A DNA stretch of 64,000 nt from Candidatus Altimarinota bacterium. Lineage in GTDB: Bacteria; Patescibacteriota; Gracilibacteria; CAIRYL01; GCA-016699755. The notes under the pieces are model-generated. The model ran no database searches, was not told the origin of the DNA, and saw only the letters and a list, made by a program, of their open reading frames with translations. The position numbers were made by a program, and so were the translations under genes. The stretch spans positions 320,001 through 384,000 of the forward strand of contig OY760935.1 of NCBI GenBank assembly GCA_963664295.1, read 5' to 3'. Below are positions 60,947 to 64,000 of this stretch, piece after piece (position 1 is the stretch's first letter; each line of letters begins with the position of its first letter).

Positions 60947-62116
60947 ATGAATCAAATTGATGAATTATTAAGTCGTGGCGTTGTGGATTGCCATGTTAAA
61001 GAAAATCTTAAAAAAAGATTAGAAAAAGGGGATAAACTAAGAGTGAAATTAGGAATTGACCCAACAGGAAGCGAATTACACCTTGGTCATGCTGTAATTT
61101 TGCGCAAATTACGCGCTTTCCAAAAAGCAGGTCATACCGTAATTTTGCTTTTAGGCACTTTTACTGGCAGAATTGGCGACCCAACAGGCAAAGACCAAAC
61201 CCGCCCACCACTAACAGACGAAGATGTACGCAAAAACGCAGAAACTTTTTTAGATCAAGCAGGAGCAGTATTAGATATTAAAAATGTAGAATTACGAGAA
61301 AATGCAGAGTGGCTCGCGCCACTTACTTTTGAAAAAGTAATTAAATTAGCATCTAGCTTCACAGTGCAACAAATGCTACATAGAGATATGTATGAAAAAA
61401 GAATAAAAGAGGGGAGAGAAATTTCTCTTCACGAATTTTTATATCCCTTAATGCAGGGCTATGACTCTGTTCCACTTAAAGCAGATATTGAACTTGGTGG
61501 CACTGATCAGCTTTTCAATCTCATGGCAGGTCGAACAATCCAAAAACACTATGAGCTAAAACCACAAGACATTATGACTTTGCCAATATTAGTAGGGCTT
61601 GATGGCAAAGATAAGATGTCAAAATCACTAGGCAACTACATAGGAATACAAGAAGATCCAAGGGAAATGTTTGGCAAAACAATGTCCATTCCAGATGAAC
61701 TAATGCGTAATTGGTATGAATTATTAACTAATATCCCAATGGAAGAAGTGGACAAAATACTAAAAGGACACCCAAGAGACGCAAAATTACGCCTAGCAAA
61801 AGAAATAGTGACAGAATTTCACAATGCAGAATTAGCTCAAAATGCAGAAGAAGAATTTTTAAGAATGTTTCAAGATAAAGGATTGCCAGATGATATGCCT
61901 ATTTTAGAGCTTGATAAAGGCATTCATAAAATATTAGACATAGTAATTGCCTCCAATCTTTGCCAATCCAACTCCGAAGCCCGCAGAATGTTGCAACAAG
62001 GTGCTGTAAAAATAGATGGAGAAAAAATAGACGCAGAAGACGAAATCACAGTAGGGGACGAAAAAATGATCCTTCAAATTGGCAAAAGAAAATTTGCAGA
62101 AATAAAAGGAAAATAA
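60947..62116 (+). CDS. tyrS: Tyrosine--tRNA ligase
   Basis: GIDPTG..LHLGH, YPLMQGYD, GGTDQ.FN, KMSKS, C-terminal S4 domain. Confidence 0.97.
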   Translation: MNQIDELLSRGVVDCHVKENLKKRLEKGDKLRVKLGIDPTGSELHLGHAVILRKLRAFQKAGHTVILLLGTFTGRIGDPTGKDQTRPPLTDEDVRKNAETFLDQAGAVLDIKNVELRENAEWLAPLTFEKVIKLASSFTVQQMLHRDMYEKRIKEGREISLHEFLYPLMQGYDSVPLKADIELGGTDQLFNLMAGRTIQKHYELKPQDIMTLPILVGLDGKDKMSKSLGNYIGIQEDPREMFGKTMSIPDELMRNWYELLTNIPMEEVDKILKGHPRDAKLRLAKEIVTEFHNAELAQNAEEEFLRMFQDKGLPDDMPILELDKGIHKILDIVIASNLCQSNSEARRMLQQGAVKIDGEKIDAEDEITVGDEKMILQIGKRKFAEIKGK

Positions 62117-62256
62117 AAATTAATTTTCGCACTATAAAAAAGAGTAAAAATCAGCATAAACATTGCTTTTTTGCTCTTTTTTTTGTATAATAATATGAAT
62201 ATTTTGAAAAATAAAAACCAGTGTTGTTCAGGAAAAAACAAAACAGGGAAGGGGGG

Positions 62257-64000
62257 TTGAGTTTTTTTGAGCAAAAAATTATATTTTTTAGTGGACCAGA
62301 AATAAATGAAATATCAACAAAATCAAGCGAAAGAGCACGAGAACGCCAAAAAAATAAAGATTTTTTTAATGATCTTTTTGGCGATACCTTAACTCAACAA
62401 TTTGAGCAAATTACAGAAGGACCAAGAAGCATAAACACTGTTTCTGCAAATGGAAAAACAGGTTTTTATATTGTTTTTGATGGTGAAACTCATGTAGCAA
62501 CAGAAATAAAAGAAAGAACAATGAAAGATCCAGATGCAAAAACCAAAAAAAAGAAATATATTTATATTGAAATTAGCAATATTAAGTTTAATCAAAAAGA
62601 TTTAAACGATATTAAAAAATTAGCTGAAAAAATTCATGGCATAAAATCAATTGAATACAAAAAATTAAAAGGGGGAAGATTAGCAATAAATATATTTCCC
62701 GAAGAAACAGTTAACTTGGATGAAATAAGTTTAGACACAGGTTTTAAAGTTGCCTTTAGGCTTAGATTAGAAACAAAACGAGATCAATTTGAAGAATTAT
62801 TTAAAAATACAGAAGATACTGTTTTTGATAGCAAAGGAAAAATTAAATCAGGGTTTTTTACTGCAAAACGCGGAAATTGGGAACCAATTTTTGAAAGATT
62901 AACTAATGAAGCTGATAAAAGCGCATTGCAAGCAATAAAAGATAAGGTTTATAGCATTACAATTGAAGATGGCAAAATAAAAGTAGTTGCTCATTATAAA
63001 AATTGTGATATAAACCTTGAAGAAAGAGATGCTTTTTGGAATAAAACATGGATTGCATTCATTTCAACACAATATCCACAGCCAATAGAAGAGCCTGAAT
63101 TTGTTGAAGCAGAAACTTACGCATTATCACCAGAAGAAGTCGGGCTTACAGACCCAAAGGAGCCTACTTTTGAATTTGCACCAGAAGAAGCTGATTCATC
63201 TCCAAAAATTATGCATGCACCTGAAGTAGAAGACCCAATGGTATATGCAGAAGCTATGCCTGAGCCTATGTATGAAGAATCTGGCGAACCTCAACCAGTA
63301 GAACCAGATGATGATTGGGAGCCATATGTAACTAATGAAGATGATTTTATAGACCAAGAATTAGGCAATAAAAATAATAAACCAACAGAGCCAGATATGC
63401 CAATAGCCGTTCCGCCACCAGAAAAAGATTCACAAGAGGCAGAAGCAATAATAGTATCTCCAAAAAATAACCCTGAAGCAAAACTAAGACAACCTGAACC
63501 ACCAAAGGATCAAAAAATACCTAGCAATGTGTTAATTAGAGAAATGGCCACCAATAAACGACCTTTAATACAAGAAAATATTGACAAGCTTGAGTACATC
63601 ACACCCAAGCTTGCAAAAATGATAGTAGATCAGTGGAACAATGAAAGTAAAAATAGGCTTGAATTTAAAAGTCTAAAAAAACTAAAAACAAAAGAGGCAA
63701 AAGAATTTGCAAATTTTAAAGGAAGCAAGGTAGATCTAAGAAACTTAGATTTAGATCATACAAAAGTCGACACCATAATGATTTTAGTTAATACAAATTT
63801 TGAAGTTGATTTATCAGGATTAAGTGTCGATTTTTATGACAGACTAAATAAAGAACAAAAAGAATTAATTGGTCGCAATCTACACAGAATATCTTTTCAT
63901 TCTAACCTCTTAAGAAAGTTCTATCAGCACTTACCTGTGATAAATTTTAATCCCAAAGAATTAACATTTGATAATATTAAAAAATATAATCACAAAGTTT
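62257..64000 (+). CDS. LRR-like repeat protein paralogous to 9493-12780; runs off the window end and is absent from the ORF track
   Basis: Frame is open from 62215 to 64000; start TTG 62257 (or GTG 62221); shares FEELFK...KSGF...NWEPIFERL.NE.DK.AL.AI...VY.I.I..GKI; Pro/Glu linker; LEYITPKLAKMIV...KEAKEFANFKG repeat. Confidence 0.8.
   Translation, partial: MSFFEQKIIFFSGPEINEISTKSSERARERQKNKDFFNDLFGDTLTQQFEQITEGPRSINTVSANGKTGFYIVFDGETHVATEIKERTMKDPDAKTKKKKYIYIEISNIKFNQKDLNDIKKLAEKIHGIKSIEYKKLKGGRLAINIFPEETVNLDEISLDTGFKVAFRLRLETKRDQFEELFKNTEDTVFDSKGKIKSGFFTAKRGNWEPIFERLTNEADKSALQAIKDKVYSITIEDGKIKVVAHYKNCDINLEERDAFWNKTWIAFISTQYPQPIEEPEFVEAETYALSPEEVGLTDPKEPTFEFAPEEADSSPKIMHAPEVEDPMVYAEAMPEPMYEESGEPQPVEPDDDWEPYVTNEDDFIDQELGNKNNKPTEPDMPIAVPPPEKDSQEAEAIIVSPKNNPEAKLRQPEPPKDQKIPSNVLIREMATNKRPLIQENIDKLEYITPKLAKMIVDQWNNESKNRLEFKSLKKLKTKEAKEFANFKGSKVDLRNLDLDHTKVDTIMILVNTNFEVDLSGLSVDFYDRLNKEQKELIGRNLHRISFHSNLLRKFYQHLPVINFNPKELTFDNIKKYNHKV

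Noticed and set aside
1-64000. Genetic code 25 (UGA=Gly) as in some Gracilibacteria and Absconditabacteria
   Set aside because: Long Gly-rich ORFs are intact under code 11, and TGA ends pnp and the VanW gene

Overview
AT-rich bacterial chromosome segment read with genetic code 11 (long Gly-rich ORFs have no in-frame TGA). The gene set suggests a Patescibacteria (CPR) genome, probably Peregrinibacteria/Gracilibacteria-related; this is an inference from the SLH proteins, giant GLUG and beta-helix surface proteins, DUF4012, VanW, and housekeeping genes that are scattered and mostly lack Shine-Dalgarno (SD) sites. Core genes are rpsO-pnp, gap, murF, nusA, recX, radC, leuC-leuD, leuB, yebC, dnaX-ygfA-glyA, a stand-alone fusA, priA, an RluA-family synthase and tyrS. 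A Na+-type V/A-ATPase operon (G-I-K-E-C-F-A-B) lacks subunit D. The strongest unexplained signal is two self-contained cassettes about 30 kb apart (12870-13426 + and 43653-44370 -). Both run: consensus sigma70 promoter, boxA-like TCTTTGA motif, G-U-containing RNA stem, AAAAGAAAGGAG SD, small orphan membrane protein, long terminator ending TC(T)7-8GTATATAT. The second also carries a ~120-nt rod-shaped RNA. Other oddities are a 154-bp tandem repeat of a recoded yebC 5' end, a family of 22-aa LRR-like repeat proteins (one broken, one missed by the ORF track), a Trm9-like methyltransferase fused to a TagA/WecG glycosyltransferase, and a nested GTCAT...ATGAC REP-like cluster. No tRNA, rRNA, CRISPR array, integrase or transposase was seen.
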